A stretch of 64,000 nt of DNA from Bacteroidota bacterium (GTDB taxonomy: Bacteria; Bacteroidota; Bacteroidia; Bacteroidales; VadinHA17). The notes beneath the pieces were generated by a model. The model saw only the letters and a list, made by a program, of their open reading frames with translations, was not told where the DNA came from and did no database searches. The stretch is from contig JAKLIJ010000001.1 in assembly GCA_022709665.1 (NCBI GenBank), positions 2,131 to 66,130 of the forward strand, in the 5' to 3' direction. Below, in pieces: positions 28,517 to 40,715 of this stretch (positions within the stretch are counted from its first letter, which is position 1; every line of letters begins with the position of its first letter). The translations under genes were made by a program, and so were the position numbers.

Positions 28517-28891
28517 ATGCCGACAATTCAGCAGTTAGTAAGAAAAGGCAGGAAGCAACTGATATATAAAAGCAAGGCTCCTGCTCTGGATTCTTGTCCC
28601 CAGAGGAGGGGCGTCTGCGTGCGTGTTTACACCACCACCCCCAAGAAACCTAACTCAGCAATGAGGAAGGTGGCCAGGGTAAAGCTTACCAATCAGAAAG
28701 AGGTCAATGCTTATATTCCGGGTGAAGGACATAACCTTCAGGAGCACTCCATTGTTCTTATAAGAGGCGGCAGAGTGAAGGATCTTCCGGGGGTGCGTTA
28801 TCACCTCGTACGTGGAGCACTCGACACATCAGGCGTGAATGGCCGTACGCAGAGAAGGTCAAAGTATGGTGCAAAAAGGCCTAAGAAATAA
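28517..28891 (+). CDS. rpsL: 30S ribosomal protein S12
   Basis: [12 protein letters not shown]..., [14 protein letters not shown], conserved operon position. Confidence 0.98.
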   Translation: MPTIQQLVRKGRKQLIYKSKAPALDSCPQRRGVCVRVYTTTPKKPNSAMRKVARVKLTNQKEVNAYIPGEGHNLQEHSIVLIRGGRVKDLPGVRYHLVRGALDTSGVNGRTQRRSKYGAKRPKK

Positions 28892-28909
28892 CACTTAAAT
28901 AACAAGATC

Positions 28910-29386
28910 ATGAGAAAATCAAAACCAAAGAAGCGGATCATGTTACCTGATCCCAAATACAACGATCCATACGTTACAAGGTTTGTGAACAATCTTATGT
29001 ATAGTGGTAAAAAGAATCTTGCTTTTAAAATCTTCTATGATTCTCTCGACATAATAGCCGATAAATTCAAGAGTGAAGGAAAAACACCGCTTGAGATATT
29101 CAAGCAGGCCCTCGAGAATGTCACACCCCAGGTTGAGGTAAAAGCTCGCAGGGTCGGTGGTGCAACATTCCAGGTTCCGATGGAGATACGCTCCGACAGG
29201 AAAGTAAGCATCAGCATGAAGAACATGATCTCATTCGCCCGCAAGAGAACCGGTCATTCCATGGCCGAGAGGCTCGCTGCTGAGCTGATGGCGGCTTACA
29301 AACTCGAGGGCGGCGCTTACAAGAAAAAAGAGGATACTCACAGAATGGCCGAGGCCAACAAAGCCTTCGCCCATTTCAGATTTTAA
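28910..29386 (+). CDS. rpsG: 30S ribosomal protein S7
   Basis: 158 aa, ..PDPKYND..V.RFVN.LM..GKK..A..I.., follows rpsL. Confidence 0.97.
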   Translation: MRKSKPKKRIMLPDPKYNDPYVTRFVNNLMYSGKKNLAFKIFYDSLDIIADKFKSEGKTPLEIFKQALENVTPQVEVKARRVGGATFQVPMEIRSDRKVSISMKNMISFARKRTGHSMAERLAAELMAAYKLEGGAYKKKEDTHRMAEANKAFAHFRF

Positions 29387-29413
29387 TTGATTAACAGGGA
29401 AGAGCGGAAACAG

Positions 29414-31516
29414 ATGAACCCCAACCTGAAATATACCAGAAACATCGGAATAATGGCCCATATTGATGCCGGTAAGACTACCACTACAGAACGTATTCTG
29501 TATTATACCGGCAGAACCCACAGGATGGGAGAGGTCCATGACGGGAATGCCCAGATGGACTGGATGATCCAGGAACAGGAAAGGGGAATCACAATTACCT
29601 CAGCCGCCACAACGGCTTTCTGGAAATACAGAGATGAGGACTACAAAGTAAATATTATAGACACTCCGGGCCACGTTGACTTCACTGTCGAAGTAGAACG
29701 TTCCCTGAGAGTGCTCGACGGCGCTGTCGCCGTATTCTGTGCAGTGGGCGGCGTTGAACCTCAGTCCGAGACTGTGTGGAGACAGGCAAATAAATACAGC
29801 GTACCCCGGATAGCCTTCATAAACAAAATGGACCGCACAGGAGCTGATTTCCTGAGCGTGGTTCATGAGATTGATGAAAAGCTGGGAGCAAATCCAATAC
29901 CGGTTCAGATACCTATCGGATCGGAAGAAAATTTCAGAGGAGTTGTCGACCTGATCAGAATGAAGGCAATAATCTGGTACAATTCTGATGCCACCGGAAC
30001 TACATTTGAAATTGAAGACGTCCCTGCAGATATGCTCGCCGAAGCAGGGGAATGGAGGGCAAAACTTATAGAAGCTGTTGCCAGCGTAGATGATACACTG
30101 CTTGCAAGGTATATTGAAGACCACGATTCAATTACTGATGACGAAATAACCGAAGCCCTCAGAGAATCAACTGTGCGCGGTCTGGCTGTCCCGGTGCTTT
30201 GCGGATCGGCATTCAAAAACAAGGGTATACAGAGCCTTCTGAATGCTGTTGTAGCTTTCCTTCCTTCACCGGTCGATATCGGTCCGGTTAAGGGAACTGA
30301 CCCGCGTAATGACAGCGAGGTTATCAGAGAACCTGATGACGAGGCTCCTCTTTCAGCACTTGCCTTCAAGATTGCCACCGATCCCTTCGTTGGAAGACTG
30401 GTGTTCCTGAGAATTTATTCCGGTGTGATGAATGCCGGAGATACTGTTCTCAATACCCGGACAGGCAAGAGGGAAAGAATAAACAGGCTCTTTGAAATGC
30501 ATGCCAACAAGCAGAACCCGAAAGATAAGGTTAGCGCCGGTGACATTTGTGCCGGAGTTGGTTTCAAGGACCTGAAGACCGGCGACACACTGTGCGCAAT
30601 CAACAAACCGGTTATTCTTGAATCGATGGAATTTCCCGAACCAGTTATCGGCGTTGCAGTTGAACCAAAAACACAGGCCGATGTCGACAAGCTTTCAATA
30701 GCGCTCAATAAACTGGCTGAGGAGGATCCGACTTTTCAGGTAAGAATAGATCCCGACAGCGGACAAACTATTATTAACGGAATGGGAGAACTTCACCTGG
30801 AAATACTTATCGACCGGCTTAAGCGCGAATTCAAGGTCGAATGTAACCAGGGAATGCCTCAGGTAGCCTATAAGGAGGCTATCACCACCTCCGCAGAATT
30901 CAGGGAAGTCTTCAGAAAACAAACCGGGGGAAGAGGCAAGTTCGCAGATATCCATGCAACTTTGATGCCGGCTGAGAACGGAACAAGAGGACTTGAATTT
31001 GTAAATGAAATAAAAGGAGGAAATATACCGAAGGAATTCATTCCGTCGGTCGAAAAGGGATTCCGCGAGGCTATGGCGAACGGACCCCTGGCAGGATTCC
31101 CTCTGGAAAATCTTAAAGTGATACTGAGAGACGGTTCATACCATCCGGTCGATTCAGACTCTCTCTCGTTTGAAATAGCCGCCAAACAGGCTTTCAGGAA
31201 GTATGCGGGGAAATGCAACCCGGTGATCCTCGAGCCTATTATGTCGACAGAGGTTATCACACCCGAAGAATATGTGGGAGATGTGATAAGCGATTTCAAC
31301 AGGAGAAGAGGAAAGGTGGAAGGTATGGAATCGAAAGCAGGAGCAAGGGTAGTTAAAGCTAAAGTACCTCTGGCAGAGAAATTTGGTTATGTCACCGTGC
31401 TGCGTACCCTTACTTCCGGAAGAGCAACTTCCACAATGGAGTTCTCTCATTACGAGGAAGTGCCTGCAGAAATAGCAAAGCGTATTGTAGAAATAACCAA
31501 AGGAAAAATTCTTTAA
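29414..31516 (+). CDS. fusA: Elongation factor G (canonical)
   Basis: ATG at 29414 is preferred over the in-frame TTG at 29387. It has [40 protein letters not shown] and [10 protein letters not shown], and lies between rpsG and rpsJ. Confidence 0.97.
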   Translation: MNPNLKYTRNIGIMAHIDAGKTTTTERILYYTGRTHRMGEVHDGNAQMDWMIQEQERGITITSAATTAFWKYRDEDYKVNIIDTPGHVDFTVEVERSLRVLDGAVAVFCAVGGVEPQSETVWRQANKYSVPRIAFINKMDRTGADFLSVVHEIDEKLGANPIPVQIPIGSEENFRGVVDLIRMKAIIWYNSDATGTTFEIEDVPADMLAEAGEWRAKLIEAVASVDDTLLARYIEDHDSITDDEITEALRESTVRGLAVPVLCGSAFKNKGIQSLLNAVVAFLPSPVDIGPVKGTDPRNDSEVIREPDDEAPLSALAFKIATDPFVGRLVFLRIYSGVMNAGDTVLNTRTGKRERINRLFEMHANKQNPKDKVSAGDICAGVGFKDLKTGDTLCAINKPVILESMEFPEPVIGVAVEPKTQADVDKLSIALNKLAEEDPTFQVRIDPDSGQTIINGMGELHLEILIDRLKREFKVECNQGMPQVAYKEAITTSAEFREVFRKQTGGRGKFADIHATLMPAENGTRGLEFVNEIKGGNIPKEFIPSVEKGFREAMANGPLAGFPLENLKVILRDGSYHPVDSDSLSFEIAAKQAFRKYAGKCNPVILEPIMSTEVITPEEYVGDVISDFNRRRGKVEGMESKAGARVVKAKVPLAEKFGYVTVLRTLTSGRATSTMEFSHYEEVPAEIAKRIVEITKGKIL

Positions 31517-31520
31517 AGAA

Positions 31521-31826
31521 ATGAGTCAGAAAATCCGTATCAAACTGAAATCTTATGATCACAACCTGGTGGACAAGTCCGCCGAGAAGATCGTTAAGAC
31601 AGTGAAGTCGACCGGTGCTGTTGTGAGCGGCCCAATTCCGCTTCCTACACATAAAAAGATCTATACCGTCCTTCGTTCTCCCTTTGTGAACAAAAAGGCC
31701 AGGGAGCAGTTCCAGCTTTCAAGCTACAAAAGACTGCTCGACATATACAGCTCAACTCCCAAGACAATTGATGCTCTTATGAAACTTGAGCTTCCCAGCG
31801 GGGTTGAAGTAGAAATAAAAGTGTGA
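31521..31826 (+). CDS. rpsJ: 30S ribosomal protein S10
   Basis: 101 aa, [18 protein letters not shown]..., first gene of the S10 block. Confidence 0.98.
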   Translation: MSQKIRIKLKSYDHNLVDKSAEKIVKTVKSTGAVVSGPIPLPTHKKIYTVLRSPFVNKKAREQFQLSSYKRLLDIYSSTPKTIDALMKLELPSGVEVEIKV

Positions 31827-31847
31827 AACCAGTAAAGAATAATAGAG

Positions 31848-32468
31848 ATGCAGGGATTAATAGGAAAAAAGATAGGAATGACTTCCGTCTTCGATGAAGC
31901 CGGAAAGAATATTCCTTGCACTGTGCTCCAGGCAGGCCCGTGCGTGGTTACACAGATAAAGACTAAGGAAAAGGACGGGTATTTCGCTGTTCAGCTGGGT
32001 TTCGACGAAAAAAAGGAAAAACATACAACGAAAGCTGAACTCGGCCATTTCAAAAAAGTCGGAACAAGCCCGAAAAGGAAACTCGTCGAGTTCGACGGAT
32101 TCGATGAAGGACAGTTTAAAGAGGGCGAAGTTCTCACTGCCGGACTTTTCGACAACCAAAACTGGGTAGACGTCCGCGGATGGTCAAAAGGAAAAGGATT
32201 CCAGGGCGTGGTAAGACGTCACGGTTTCGGAGGAGTCGGCGGTCAGACACACGGACAGCATAACAGGGGCAGGGCACCAGGTTCACTGGGCGCATCATCG
32301 TTTCCCTCAAGAGTACTTCCCGGCATGAGAATGGCAGGCCGTATGGGCGGCGCCAAAGTATTCGCCGAAAGCAAAAAAGTGATCAGGATAATGCCTGAAA
32401 ACAATATATTAATAGTAAAGGGATCAGTTCCGGGTCCTAAAGGTGGTTACGTAATAATTACAAAATAA
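31848..32468 (+). CDS. rplC: 50S ribosomal protein L3
   Basis: 206 aa, [15 protein letters not shown].., ..[14 protein letters not shown]. Its stop overlaps the rplD ATG by 1 nt. Confidence 0.98.
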   Translation: MQGLIGKKIGMTSVFDEAGKNIPCTVLQAGPCVVTQIKTKEKDGYFAVQLGFDEKKEKHTTKAELGHFKKVGTSPKRKLVEFDGFDEGQFKEGEVLTAGLFDNQNWVDVRGWSKGKGFQGVVRRHGFGGVGGQTHGQHNRGRAPGSLGASSFPSRVLPGMRMAGRMGGAKVFAESKKVIRIMPENNILIVKGSVPGPKGGYVIITK

Positions 32469-33100
32469 TGGAATTAGCGATTCTTAATACCGAAGGCAAG
32501 GAGACCGGAAGGAAAGTCGTTCTTAACGACTCGATTTTCGGCATTAGACCTAATGACCACGCTATTTATCTGGATACAAAACAATTTCTTGCCAATCAGA
32601 GGCAGGGAACACACAAATCCAAACATCGTGGTGAAGTCGCCGGCAGTACCAGGAAGATCAAGAAACAGAAGGGAACAGGTACTGCAAGGGCAGGAAGCCT
32701 TAAGAGTCCTTTGTTTCGCGGAGGAGGCAGAATTTTCGGCCCCGAACCAAGATTCTATGGCTTCAAGCTTAACAAAAAACTTAAGCAGCTTGCCAGAAAA
32801 TCAGCACTTTCCTACAAGGCAACTGCAAATAAAATTATAGTCCTGGAAGACTTCTCATTTGAAGCACCAAAGACAAAGCAAATGATCAGTCTGAACAATA
32901 ACCTGAATATCGGCAATAAAAATTCACTTATTGTTTTACCGGAACAAAATAATAACATATATTTGTCATCCCGAAATGTACAAGGGGTTGAAGTTGTAAC
33001 TGCTCAAGAATTAAGTACTTACAATATCATGAAGGCTTCAACGCTGGTACTTGTGGAGAGTGCAATTGACGTTTTGCAGGCAACTTTTGAAAACATGTAA
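32468..33100 (+). CDS. rplD: 50S ribosomal protein L4
   Basis: 210 aa, ..[37 protein letters not shown]. Confidence 0.97.
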   Translation: MELAILNTEGKETGRKVVLNDSIFGIRPNDHAIYLDTKQFLANQRQGTHKSKHRGEVAGSTRKIKKQKGTGTARAGSLKSPLFRGGGRIFGPEPRFYGFKLNKKLKQLARKSALSYKATANKIIVLEDFSFEAPKTKQMISLNNNLNIGNKNSLIVLPEQNNNIYLSSRNVQGVEVVTAQELSTYNIMKASTLVLVESAIDVLQATFENM

Positions 33101-33110
33101 TATTTAAGTG

Positions 33111-33401
33111 ATGAATATTCTGCTTAAACCAATAGTGACAGAAAAAATGACGAAAGACGGCGATAAATTCAATCGCTACGGCTTCGTCGTTGACAAGTCG
33201 GCTAACAAGATACAGATCAGAAAGGCGGTTGAAGAGCTTTACGGAGTCACGGTAGAGTCGGTGAATACAATCAGATCCGGTCGTAAAGTCAAGACCAGGA
33301 ACACCAAATCAGGTCTGCTTGTGGGCAAGACGGCAGCTGTTAAAAAAGCTGTGGTCACCCTGGCTGAAGGGAACAAAATAGATTTCTATAGCAACATTTA
33401 G
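33111..33401 (+). CDS. rplW: 50S ribosomal protein L23
   Basis: ATG at 33111 (the track starts at GTG 33108). ..[10 protein letters not shown]....[28 protein letters not shown]. Confidence 0.96.
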   Translation: MNILLKPIVTEKMTKDGDKFNRYGFVVDKSANKIQIRKAVEELYGVTVESVNTIRSGRKVKTRNTKSGLLVGKTAAVKKAVVTLAEGNKIDFYSNI

Positions 33402-33409
33402 CAACCAGT

Positions 33410-34234
33410 ATGGCAGTCAGAAAATTAAAACCTGTTACACCAGGTCAGCGACACAAGATCATCAGCGCCTTTGATTCAATAACAAAGGACGCGCCGGAGA
33501 AATCCTTGCTCCGACCGCTAAGAAAATCGGGAGGAAGGAATGTTAACGGCAGAAGGACTATGAGGTACATCGGAGGCGGTCATAAACAGATGTACAGAGT
33601 CATCGATTTCCTCAGGGAAAAAGATGGCATGCATGCAACAGTGAAGGCAATTGAATACGACCCCAACAGATCGTCGAGAATTGCCCTCGTTGTTTATGAG
33701 GATGGAGAGAAAAGGTATATTGTTGCTCCCAACGGACTTAAGGTCGGACAGACTATAGTATCAGGTAAGGATGCTGCTCCGGAAATAGGAAATACATTGT
33801 TTCTGAACGACATCCCGCTCGGAACCGTTGTTCACAACATAGAAATGAAACCCGGAAAAGGCGGCGCCATTGCCAGAAGTGCTGGTACTTTCGCTCAGCT
33901 CTCTGCAAGGGAAGGCAAGTATGCCATTATAAAACTCCCTTCAGGTGAAACAAGAATGGTTCTGACATCATGCCGCGCAACAATTGGAACTGTGTCGAAC
34001 TCCGATCACAACCTCGAGAAATCGGGCAAAGCCGGCCGTTCTCGCTGGCAGGGAAGACGCCCGAGAGTAAGAGGTGTTGTGATGAACCCGGTCGATCACC
34101 CTATGGGAGGTGGTGAAGGAAGGGCTTCGGGAGGTCACCCGCGATCGCGCAGAGGCATTCCGGCCAAAGGTTTCAAAACCCGCGACAGGAAGAAATATTC
34201 TGCAAAGCATATTATTGAAAGAAGGAAAAAATAA
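33410..34234 (+). CDS. rplB: 50S ribosomal protein L2
   Basis: 274 aa, [15 protein letters not shown].., ..[21 protein letters not shown]. Confidence 0.98.
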   Translation: MAVRKLKPVTPGQRHKIISAFDSITKDAPEKSLLRPLRKSGGRNVNGRRTMRYIGGGHKQMYRVIDFLREKDGMHATVKAIEYDPNRSSRIALVVYEDGEKRYIVAPNGLKVGQTIVSGKDAAPEIGNTLFLNDIPLGTVVHNIEMKPGKGGAIARSAGTFAQLSAREGKYAIIKLPSGETRMVLTSCRATIGTVSNSDHNLEKSGKAGRSRWQGRRPRVRGVVMNPVDHPMGGGEGRASGGHPRSRRGIPAKGFKTRDRKKYSAKHIIERRKK

Positions 34235-34244
34235 CTGATATACT

Positions 34245-34508
34245 ATGAGCAGATCAATAAAGAAGGGTCCTTTCATTGAGTTCAAAATGGAAAAAAGGGT
34301 CCTTGACATGAACAAGACACAGAAGAAGTCGGTCCTCAAGACATGGTCGAGAAGATCGGTGATCTCGCCCGATTTTGTCGGACATACCATAGCAGTTCAC
34401 AACGGAAATAAATTCATCCCTGTTTACATTACGGAAAACATGGTGGGACATAAACTCGGAGAGTTTGCTCCCACACGTACCTTCAGGGGTCACTCGGGCA
34501 ATAAGTAA
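34245..34508 (+). CDS. rpsS: 30S ribosomal protein S19
   Basis: 87 aa, [10 protein letters not shown]..., ..[32 protein letters not shown]. Confidence 0.98.
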   Translation: MSRSIKKGPFIEFKMEKRVLDMNKTQKKSVLKTWSRRSVISPDFVGHTIAVHNGNKFIPVYITENMVGHKLGEFAPTRTFRGHSGNK

Positions 34509-34531
34509 TGCAAACTGAAAAACATTGAGAA

Positions 34532-34951
34532 ATGGGTGCAAGAAAAAGAATCAGCGCAGAGAAGAGAAAAGAAGCTGCAAAAGAGAGGTACCAGGCGGTT
34601 CTCAGAAACTGTCCTACCTCACCCCGTAAAATGAGGCTGCTTACCGGGCTTATTAGCGGAATGGAAGTGAACAGAGCTCTCGACGTCCTGAAATTCAGTT
34701 CTCAGGAAGCTTCCAGAAGCCTTGAAAAACTCCTGCTTTCAGCAATAGCTAACTGGCAGGCAAAGAACGAGGGTGCCAGGATAGAGGAAAGCAACCTGTA
34801 CGTAAGCAATATCAACGTCGACGGCGGCCGTGCAATGAAAAGACTCCAGACCGCTCCCCAGGGCAGAGCTTACAGGATCAGAAAAAGATCAAACCATGTG
34901 ACACTGGTGCTCGATAGTATTAACAAGGAAGGTGAAACTGCATCAAAATAA
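34532..34951 (+). CDS. rplV: 50S ribosomal protein L22
   Basis: 139 aa, ..SPRKMRL....I.G..V..AL..L.FS...A......K.L.SAIAN. Confidence 0.96.
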   Translation: MGARKRISAEKRKEAAKERYQAVLRNCPTSPRKMRLLTGLISGMEVNRALDVLKFSSQEASRSLEKLLLSAIANWQAKNEGARIEESNLYVSNINVDGGRAMKRLQTAPQGRAYRIRKRSNHVTLVLDSINKEGETASK

Positions 34952-34956
34952 TCCAG

Positions 34957-35655
34957 ATGGGACAAAAAGCAAATCCGATAGGTAACAGATTAGGCATCAT
35001 CAAAGGATGGGATTCAAACTGGTATGGAGGAAAAGATTTTTCCGGAAAACTGGTGGAAGACACCAAGATAAGAGAATATCTGAATGCCAGGCTTGCAAAG
35101 GCAAGCATCTCAAAGATAATTATTGAGAGAACCCTCAAGCTTATTACAGTAACCGTTAACACCGCACGACCGGGTATTATTATCGGCAAAGGCGGACAGG
35201 AGGTTGACAAGCTGAAGGAAGAACTCAAGAAGATAACCAGGAAAGAGGTTCAGATCAACATCTTTGAGGTTAAAAGGCCCGAGCTCGACGCCAATATCGT
35301 TGCAAACAACGTAGCCCGCCAGCTGGAAGGAAAGATTTCGTACCGCAGGGCAATAAAAATGTCGATCGCCTCCACCATGAGAATGGGAGCAGAAGGTATT
35401 AAAGTGGTGATTTCAGGTCGTCTGGGAGGAGCCGAAATGGCAAGAACCGAAACCTACAAGGAGGGAAGAATTCCCCTTCACACTCTTCGCGCCGATATAG
35501 ATTATGCACTTGGCGAAGCCCATACAAAGGTAGGCCTGATCGGTATCAAGGTCTGGATATGCAACGGAGAAGTCTACGGAAAAAGAGACCTCAGTCCCAA
35601 TATCGGAGCAAGGAATGCCAAAAGCAAAACGCTTAAAAGGAAAGCAAAGAAGTAA
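34957..35655 (+). CDS. rpsC: 30S ribosomal protein S3
   Basis: 232 aa, [22 protein letters not shown] domain, ..[26 protein letters not shown]. Confidence 0.98.
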   Translation: MGQKANPIGNRLGIIKGWDSNWYGGKDFSGKLVEDTKIREYLNARLAKASISKIIIERTLKLITVTVNTARPGIIIGKGGQEVDKLKEELKKITRKEVQINIFEVKRPELDANIVANNVARQLEGKISYRRAIKMSIASTMRMGAEGIKVVISGRLGGAEMARTETYKEGRIPLHTLRADIDYALGEAHTKVGLIGIKVWICNGEVYGKRDLSPNIGARNAKSKTLKRKAKK

Positions 35656-35693
35656 GCTTCAGTGAGTAGAAAATTTTAAAAGATATTTGAGCC

Positions 35694-36116
35694 ATGTTAC
35701 AACCGAAAAGGACCAAATACAGAAGAGCGCAGAAAGGAAGAATGAAGGGAACAGCCCAGAGAGGCAGTCAGCTTGCTTTCGGATCTTTTGGCATCAAGGC
35801 ACTTGAACAGTGCTGGATTACGGGAAGGCAGCTCGAAGCCGCCCGCCAGGCTGTCACACGTCATATGAAACGTGAAGGCCAGATATGGATCAGGGTATTT
35901 CCCGACAAACCCATTACCAAGAAACCTGCAGAAGTTCGTATGGGTAAAGGAAAAGGATCACCCGAAGGATTTGTTGTGCCCGTTACACCCGGACGAATTC
36001 TTATAGAGGCCGAGGGAGTGCCATTCGATGTCGCAAAAGAAGCCCTCAGGCTTGGAGCACAGAAGCTCCCGATAACAACAAAATTCATTGTCAGGACCGA
36101 TTACGTACAGGAATAA
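35694..36116 (+). CDS. rplP: 50S ribosomal protein L16
   Basis: 140 aa, [27 protein letters not shown]. Confidence 0.98.
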   Translation: MLQPKRTKYRRAQKGRMKGTAQRGSQLAFGSFGIKALEQCWITGRQLEAARQAVTRHMKREGQIWIRVFPDKPITKKPAEVRMGKGKGSPEGFVVPVTPGRILIEAEGVPFDVAKEALRLGAQKLPITTKFIVRTDYVQE

Positions 36117-36131
36117 AATACGGAGAAAGAG

Positions 36132-36338
36132 ATGAAAATTTCAGAAATAAGGGAATTAAGCACACCGGATCTTATTGAAAGAATAGATACCGAGAAAACC
36201 ATGCTTGTCCGCATGAAGCTTAATCATGCAATTACACCCCTGGACAATCCTCAGAAGATGAAAGAGGTAAAGCTTACCATTTCCCGCCTTCTCACGGAAC
36301 TCCGTTCAAGGGAACTTAATGAAAAATCGAAAATCTAG
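36132..36338 (+). CDS. rpmC: 50S ribosomal protein L29
   Basis: 68 aa, MK..EIRELST.DL...I......L..M......., conserved position between rplP and rpsQ. Confidence 0.93.
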   Translation: MKISEIRELSTPDLIERIDTEKTMLVRMKLNHAITPLDNPQKMKEVKLTISRLLTELRSRELNEKSKI

Positions 36339-36345
36339 TCAGGCA

Positions 36346-36600
36346 ATGGAAAGGAATAACAGAAAGGAACGTACCGGTGTTGTTGTCAGCAACAAGATGG
36401 ACAAGTCGATAGTGGTGGCCATCAAAAGGAAAGTAAAACATCCGATTTATGGCAAGTTCGTAAACAGGACAAAGAAGCTGATGGCTCACGATGAAGAAAA
36501 TACGTGCAACATCGGTGATACGGTCCGGATATCCGAGACCAGACCGTTGAGCAAGAATAAGACATGGAGATTGGTTGAAGTAATTGAAAGAGCGAAGTAG
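36346..36600 (+). CDS. rpsQ: 30S ribosomal protein S17
   Basis: ATG at 36346 ([24 protein letters not shown]..) is preferred. The track ORF start at 36319 would overlap rpmC. Confidence 0.95.
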   Translation: MERNNRKERTGVVVSNKMDKSIVVAIKRKVKHPIYGKFVNRTKKLMAHDEENTCNIGDTVRISETRPLSKNKTWRLVEVIERAK

Positions 36601-36602
36601 TC

Positions 36603-36968
36603 ATGATACAACAGGAAACCAGGTTAACAGTAGCCGATAACTCCGGAGCAAAAGAAGTTTTGTGCATCCGGGTACTCGGCGGCAGCAAAAAGAGATATGC
36701 CTCCGTTGGAGATACCATCGTTGTCAGCGTTAAAAGCGCCCTCCCTTCAGGCGAAGCAAAAAAGGGAACGGTAAGCAAAGCTGTCGTTGTAAGAACAACC
36801 AAGGAAATACGCCGTGCCGACGGATCATACATCAGATTCGACGACAATGCAGTGGTCCTTCTTAACAACCTGAACGAAGTAAGGGGTACCCGTATCTTCG
36901 GCCCGGTTGCAAGAGAACTGCGCGACAAGTATATGAAAATCGTCTCTCTTGCACCTGAAGTACTTTAA
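36603..36968 (+). CDS. rplN: 50S ribosomal protein L14
   Basis: 121 aa, [27 protein letters not shown]. Confidence 0.98.
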   Translation: MIQQETRLTVADNSGAKEVLCIRVLGGSKKRYASVGDTIVVSVKSALPSGEAKKGTVSKAVVVRTTKEIRRADGSYIRFDDNAVVLLNNLNEVRGTRIFGPVARELRDKYMKIVSLAPEVL

Positions 36969-36985
36969 TTTTTAAAAGAAGAGCA

Positions 36986-37309
36986 ATGCAGAAGAAGTTA
37001 CATATCAAAAAGGGCGATACGGTTGTTGTCATTTCAGGCGAGTCGAAAGGCCAGAAAGGACGCGTCCTTACTGTTAACAGGGACAAGGACCGTGCAATCG
37101 TCGAGGGCGTGAACACCGTTTCGAAACATACAAAACCTAACGCCAAATCACCCCAGGGCGGAATTCTCAAAAAAGAAGCCCCTATTCACATTTCGAACCT
37201 TATGATTGTTGATCCGGCTTCCGGAAAACCAACCAGGATCGGCAGAAGGCTCAATGATAAAAACAAACTAGTGCGTTATTCAAAAAAATCAGGAGAGGAG
37301 ATCAAGTAA
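36986..37309 (+). CDS. rplX: 50S ribosomal protein L24
   Basis: 107 aa, ..[19 protein letters not shown] motif. Its stop overlaps the rplE ATG. Confidence 0.96.
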   Translation: MQKKLHIKKGDTVVVISGESKGQKGRVLTVNRDKDRAIVEGVNTVSKHTKPNAKSPQGGILKKEAPIHISNLMIVDPASGKPTRIGRRLNDKNKLVRYSKKSGEEIK

Positions 37310-37860
37310 TGTATACACCTGTTTTGAAAACCAAATATAAGGAAGAGATAGTCCCCGCCTTAATGAAGGAATTCAGCTACTCTACCGTTATGCAGGTCCC
37401 GAGACTGGATAAGATAGTTATTAACCAGGGAGTTGGACAGGCTATTGCCGACAAGAAACTGCTTGAAGCCAGTGTTAAGGAATTAACAGATATTGCCGGA
37501 CAGAAAGCTGTTCAGACTTTTTCCTCAAAGGACATTTCGAATTTTAAGCTCAGGAAAAATATGCCTATCGGCGTAATGGTAACACTTCGCAAAGACAGGA
37601 TGTATGAGTTCCTGGAAAGGCTTATAGCTGTTGCACTACCCAGGATCCGCGACTTCAAGGGCATCAGCTCCAAACTTGACGGAAGAGGAAACTATACTCT
37701 CGGAATTACCGAACAGATAATTTTCCCGGAGATCGACCTCGACAAGGTTACCAAGATCATGGGCCTGCAGATGACTTTCGTCACAACAGCTAATAGCGAC
37801 GAGGAAGCTCTTTCCCTGCTGAAGCATTTCGGATTACCTTTCAAAAACACTAAAAACTGA
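37309..37860 (+). CDS. rplE: 50S ribosomal protein L5
   Basis: 183 aa, ..LK..Y...I.P.L.KEF.Y...MQVP.L.KIV.N.GVG. Confidence 0.97.
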   Translation: MYTPVLKTKYKEEIVPALMKEFSYSTVMQVPRLDKIVINQGVGQAIADKKLLEASVKELTDIAGQKAVQTFSSKDISNFKLRKNMPIGVMVTLRKDRMYEFLERLIAVALPRIRDFKGISSKLDGRGNYTLGITEQIIFPEIDLDKVTKIMGLQMTFVTTANSDEEALSLLKHFGLPFKNTKN

Positions 37861-37864
37861 TTAT

Positions 37865-38134
37865 ATGGCTAAAGAATCAATGGTAGCCCGCGAAGTAAAA
37901 CGCGCAAAACTGGCTGAAAAATACTCCGCCAAGAGAGCAAAACTGAAAGCTGAAGGAGATTATATCGGACTTAGCCGTCTGCCCAGAAACTCCAATCCGA
38001 TCAGGCAGCGCAACAGGTGCAAGCTCACCGGACGTACAAGAGGTTATATGAGACAGTTCGGAATAAGCAGGATAACATTCAGGGAGATGGCATCCTTCGG
38101 TCTTATTCCGGGAGTAAAGAAAGCCAGCTGGTAA
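37865..38134 (+). CDS. rpsN: 30S ribosomal protein S14 (long, non-zinc form)
   Basis: 89 aa, MAKESM.ARE.KR..L..KY..KR..LK..., ends ..RI.FRE.A..G.IPGV.KASW. It has no CxxC pairs. Confidence 0.96.
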   Translation: MAKESMVAREVKRAKLAEKYSAKRAKLKAEGDYIGLSRLPRNSNPIRQRNRCKLTGRTRGYMRQFGISRITFREMASFGLIPGVKKASW

Positions 38135-38172
38135 TACGGAGAATGAATATTAACTATAAGAAAGAATAAAAG

Positions 38173-38571
38173 ATGACTGATCCCATTGCAGATTTACTGA
38201 CCAGAATCAGAAACGCCATTATGGCTGGTCATAAGGTTGTAGAAGCTCCGGCATCAAATCTTAAAAAGGAGATTGCCAGGATACTTTTCGAAAAAGGCTA
38301 TATCCTGAGCTATAAGGTGGTTGAAGGTGAAAAAGGACAGGGTACCCTTAAGATCGCCCTGAAATACAATCCAAGGAGCAAACAGCCTGCTATAAAGAGG
38401 ATTGAAAGGGCCAGTCGTCCCGGTCTCAGAAAATACAACGGAGCCGACGACCTGCCAAGGGTCCTTAACGGACTGGGGATTGCAATTATCTCCACCTCCA
38501 GAGGTCTTATGACCGACAAAGAGGCCAGAAATGAAAATGTTGGTGGTGAAGTATTATGTTACGTATACTAA
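38173..38571 (+). CDS. rpsH: 30S ribosomal protein S8
   Basis: 132 aa, [15 protein letters not shown]......V..P.S..K..IA.IL..GYI. Confidence 0.98.
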   Translation: MTDPIADLLTRIRNAIMAGHKVVEAPASNLKKEIARILFEKGYILSYKVVEGEKGQGTLKIALKYNPRSKQPAIKRIERASRPGLRKYNGADDLPRVLNGLGIAIISTSRGLMTDKEARNENVGGEVLCYVY

Positions 38572-38587
38572 ATAGGAGGATATTTTA

Positions 38588-39142
38588 ATGTCACGAATAG
38601 GAAAATTACCTGTAAACCTGCCCAAAGGAGTCAGCGTTGATATCAACGACTCCAATGTGATCAGCGTGAAAGGGCCTCTGGGAGAACTGAAGCAGAGTAT
38701 CGCCAAAGACATAAAGATTGAGGTTGAGAACAATACACTCATTCTTACCAGACCTTCGGAATCGAAGACACATAAATCGCTTCATGGCCTTACCAGAGCC
38801 CTGATAGCAAACATGGTGACCGGCGTTTCGCAGGGCTTCAGAAAAGAACTTGAACTCGTGGGCGTCGGATACCGCGCGGAAGCAAAAGGACAGATGCTTG
38901 AAATGAGCCTTGGCTATTCCCACGATATAATTATGGAAGTTCCCCAAGAGGTGAAGGTGGAAACAAGAACCGAAAGAAGGAGCAACCCCATAATAACACT
39001 TACCTGTACCGACAAACAGCTCATTGGCCACGTTGCAGCCAAAATAAGGTCGCTTCGTCCGCCGGAACCCTACAAGGGCAAGGGAATCAAGTTTGTTGGG
39101 GAACAGATCAGAAGGAAAGCTGGTAAATCAGCTAGTGTATAA
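38588..39142 (+). CDS. rplF: 50S ribosomal protein L6
   Basis: 184 aa, MSRIGK.P...P.GV.V......I.VKGP.GEL. Confidence 0.97.
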   Translation: MSRIGKLPVNLPKGVSVDINDSNVISVKGPLGELKQSIAKDIKIEVENNTLILTRPSESKTHKSLHGLTRALIANMVTGVSQGFRKELELVGVGYRAEAKGQMLEMSLGYSHDIIMEVPQEVKVETRTERRSNPIITLTCTDKQLIGHVAAKIRSLRPPEPYKGKGIKFVGEQIRRKAGKSASV

Positions 39143-39163
39143 AACGGTTAAATAATTATTGAC

Positions 39164-39523
39164 ATGGCTTTAACCAAACTGGAAAAAAGAACCAGGATCC
39201 GAATGAGGATCCGGAAAAAGATAAGCGGCACTGCCGAAACGCCACGCGTAGCAGTATTCCGCAGCAACAAGCAGATCTATGCCCAGGTTATTGACGACAA
39301 CAGCGGAGTTACTCTGCTTTCAGTCAGTTCAAGGGAAAAGGAACTGGCCGGACAAACAGGCATCAAAAAGACTGAACAGGCTAAACTTGTTGGCAAATCA
39401 CTTGCCGCAAAATGTAAGGAAAAAGGCATCGGAAGTGTGGTTTTCGACAGGAGCGGTTATAAATATCACGGTAGAGTAAAATCATTGGCTGATGCAGCCC
39501 GCGAAGGCGGTCTAAAATTCTGA
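39164..39523 (+). CDS. rplR: 50S ribosomal protein L18
   Basis: 119 aa, ..R.R.R.R.K..GTAE.PR..VFRSNK.IYAQ.IDD..G.TL...S., ..FDR.GY.YHGRVK.LAD.AREGGL.F. Confidence 0.97.
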   Translation: MALTKLEKRTRIRMRIRKKISGTAETPRVAVFRSNKQIYAQVIDDNSGVTLLSVSSREKELAGQTGIKKTEQAKLVGKSLAAKCKEKGIGSVVFDRSGYKYHGRVKSLADAAREGGLKF

Positions 39524-39527
39524 TAAT

Positions 39528-40043
39528 ATGGGAAACGGAATAAGAAAAGTAAAAACCAGCGACCTCGAGCTCAAGGACAGGCTTGTTAGCATACAGAGAG
39601 TTACAAAGGTTACAAAAGGAGGACGCACCTTCAGTTTTTCTGCTATTGTTGTCGTGGGAAATGAAGACGGAATAGTCGGTCACGGACTGGGAAAAGCCAG
39701 TGAAGTTACCACTGCAATTTCAAAGGGCATTGAAGATGCAAAGAAAAACCTCATTAAAGTACCGGTCATTCATGGAACCATCCCTCATGAGCAGGTCGCA
39801 AAATTCGGTGGCGCCAAGGTCTTCATCAAACCTGCAACCGAAGGAACAGGAGTAAAAGCCGGAGGCGCTATGCGCGCTGTGCTCGAAAGCGTAGGCGTGA
39901 AGAACGTGCTCGCCAAATCGAAGGGCTCTTCCAATCCCCACAACCTGGTAAAGGCAACCTTCGCAGCTCTCCTTGAGATGCGCGATGCTATAGCTGTTGC
40001 CGAACACAGGGGTGTCAATCTGGAAAAAGTGTTTAACGGATAG
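39528..40043 (+). CDS. rpsE: 30S ribosomal protein S5
   Basis: 171 aa, ..L.....I.RV.KV.KGGR.FSF.A.VVVG...G.VG.G.GKA.EV..AI.K. Confidence 0.97.
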   Translation: MGNGIRKVKTSDLELKDRLVSIQRVTKVTKGGRTFSFSAIVVVGNEDGIVGHGLGKASEVTTAISKGIEDAKKNLIKVPVIHGTIPHEQVAKFGGAKVFIKPATEGTGVKAGGAMRAVLESVGVKNVLAKSKGSSNPHNLVKATFAALLEMRDAIAVAEHRGVNLEKVFNG

Positions 40044-40057
40044 TAAAGCAAAGCACA

Positions 40058-40237
40058 ATGGCAAAAATTCGAATAACCCAGGTAAAAAGTAAAAACGGCA
40101 AACCCGAAAGGCAGAAGAGAACTCTCGAAGCCCTGGGAATCCATAAGCTTAACCATAGTGTTGAACATGAAGCCAGCCCCCAGATCCTGGGAATGGTTGA
40201 AAAAGTCCGGCACCTGGTTAAAATTGAGAATATTTAG
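40058..40237 (+). CDS. rpmD: 50S ribosomal protein L30
   Basis: Absent from the ORF track (59 aa, below its cutoff). Translated by hand: MAKIRITQVKSKNGKPERQKRTLEALGIHKLNHSVEHEASPQILGMVEKVRHLVKIENI*. The sequence is L30-like, in the conserved slot between rpsE and rplO. Confidence 0.93.
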   Translation: MAKIRITQVKSKNGKPERQKRTLEALGIHKLNHSVEHEASPQILGMVEKVRHLVKIENI

Positions 40238-40264
40238 GATATTAACGATATTATACTAACAATA

Positions 40265-40711
40265 ATGGATCTAAGTAACTTAAAACCTGCCAAGGGATCA
40301 GTAAAGAAAAGCAAGCGCGTTGGCCGCGGACAGGGTTCCGGAAAAGGCGGTACATCCACCAGGGGACATAAGGGAGCCAAACAGCGTTCAGGATATAAAA
40401 AGAAAATTGGCTTTGAAGGCGGACAAATGCCGCTTCAGAGACGCCTTCCTAAAGGAGGATTCAAAAATATTTCACGGGTTGAATATAAGGCTGTTAACCT
40501 TAGTACCCTGCAGTCACTTGCCGATGCCGGAAACCTTGAGAAAATCGATATCGAAACCCTCAGGGCAGCAGGGCTCGTTTCAAAAAACGACCTTGTAAAA
40601 ATACTGGGCAAGGGCACCCTTGAAAGAAAACTTGAGGTCCATGCCCATTCATTCAGCAAATCAGCAGTAGAAGCAATAGAAGCTCAGAAGGGTACCGTCG
40701 TAAAACTATAA
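40265..40711 (+). CDS. rplO: 50S ribosomal protein L15
   Basis: 148 aa, M.LSNLKPA.GS.K..KR.GRG.GSG.GGTS.RGHKG...RSG. Confidence 0.97.
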   Translation: MDLSNLKPAKGSVKKSKRVGRGQGSGKGGTSTRGHKGAKQRSGYKKKIGFEGGQMPLQRRLPKGGFKNISRVEYKAVNLSTLQSLADAGNLEKIDIETLRAAGLVSKNDLVKILGKGTLERKLEVHAHSFSKSAVEAIEAQKGTVVKL

Positions 40712-40715
40712 GTTC

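Noticed and set aside
29387-29413. TTG/GTG-initiated N-terminal extensions in the track for fusA (29387), the P-II-like gene (24619), rpsQ (36319), rplW (33108), map (42064), the Tyr-rich protein (51899) and the phosphatase (59440).
   Set aside because: In each case a nearby in-frame ATG gives the N-terminus or signal peptide typical of the family and avoids overlap with the upstream gene. The alternative starts remain possible but are less likely.
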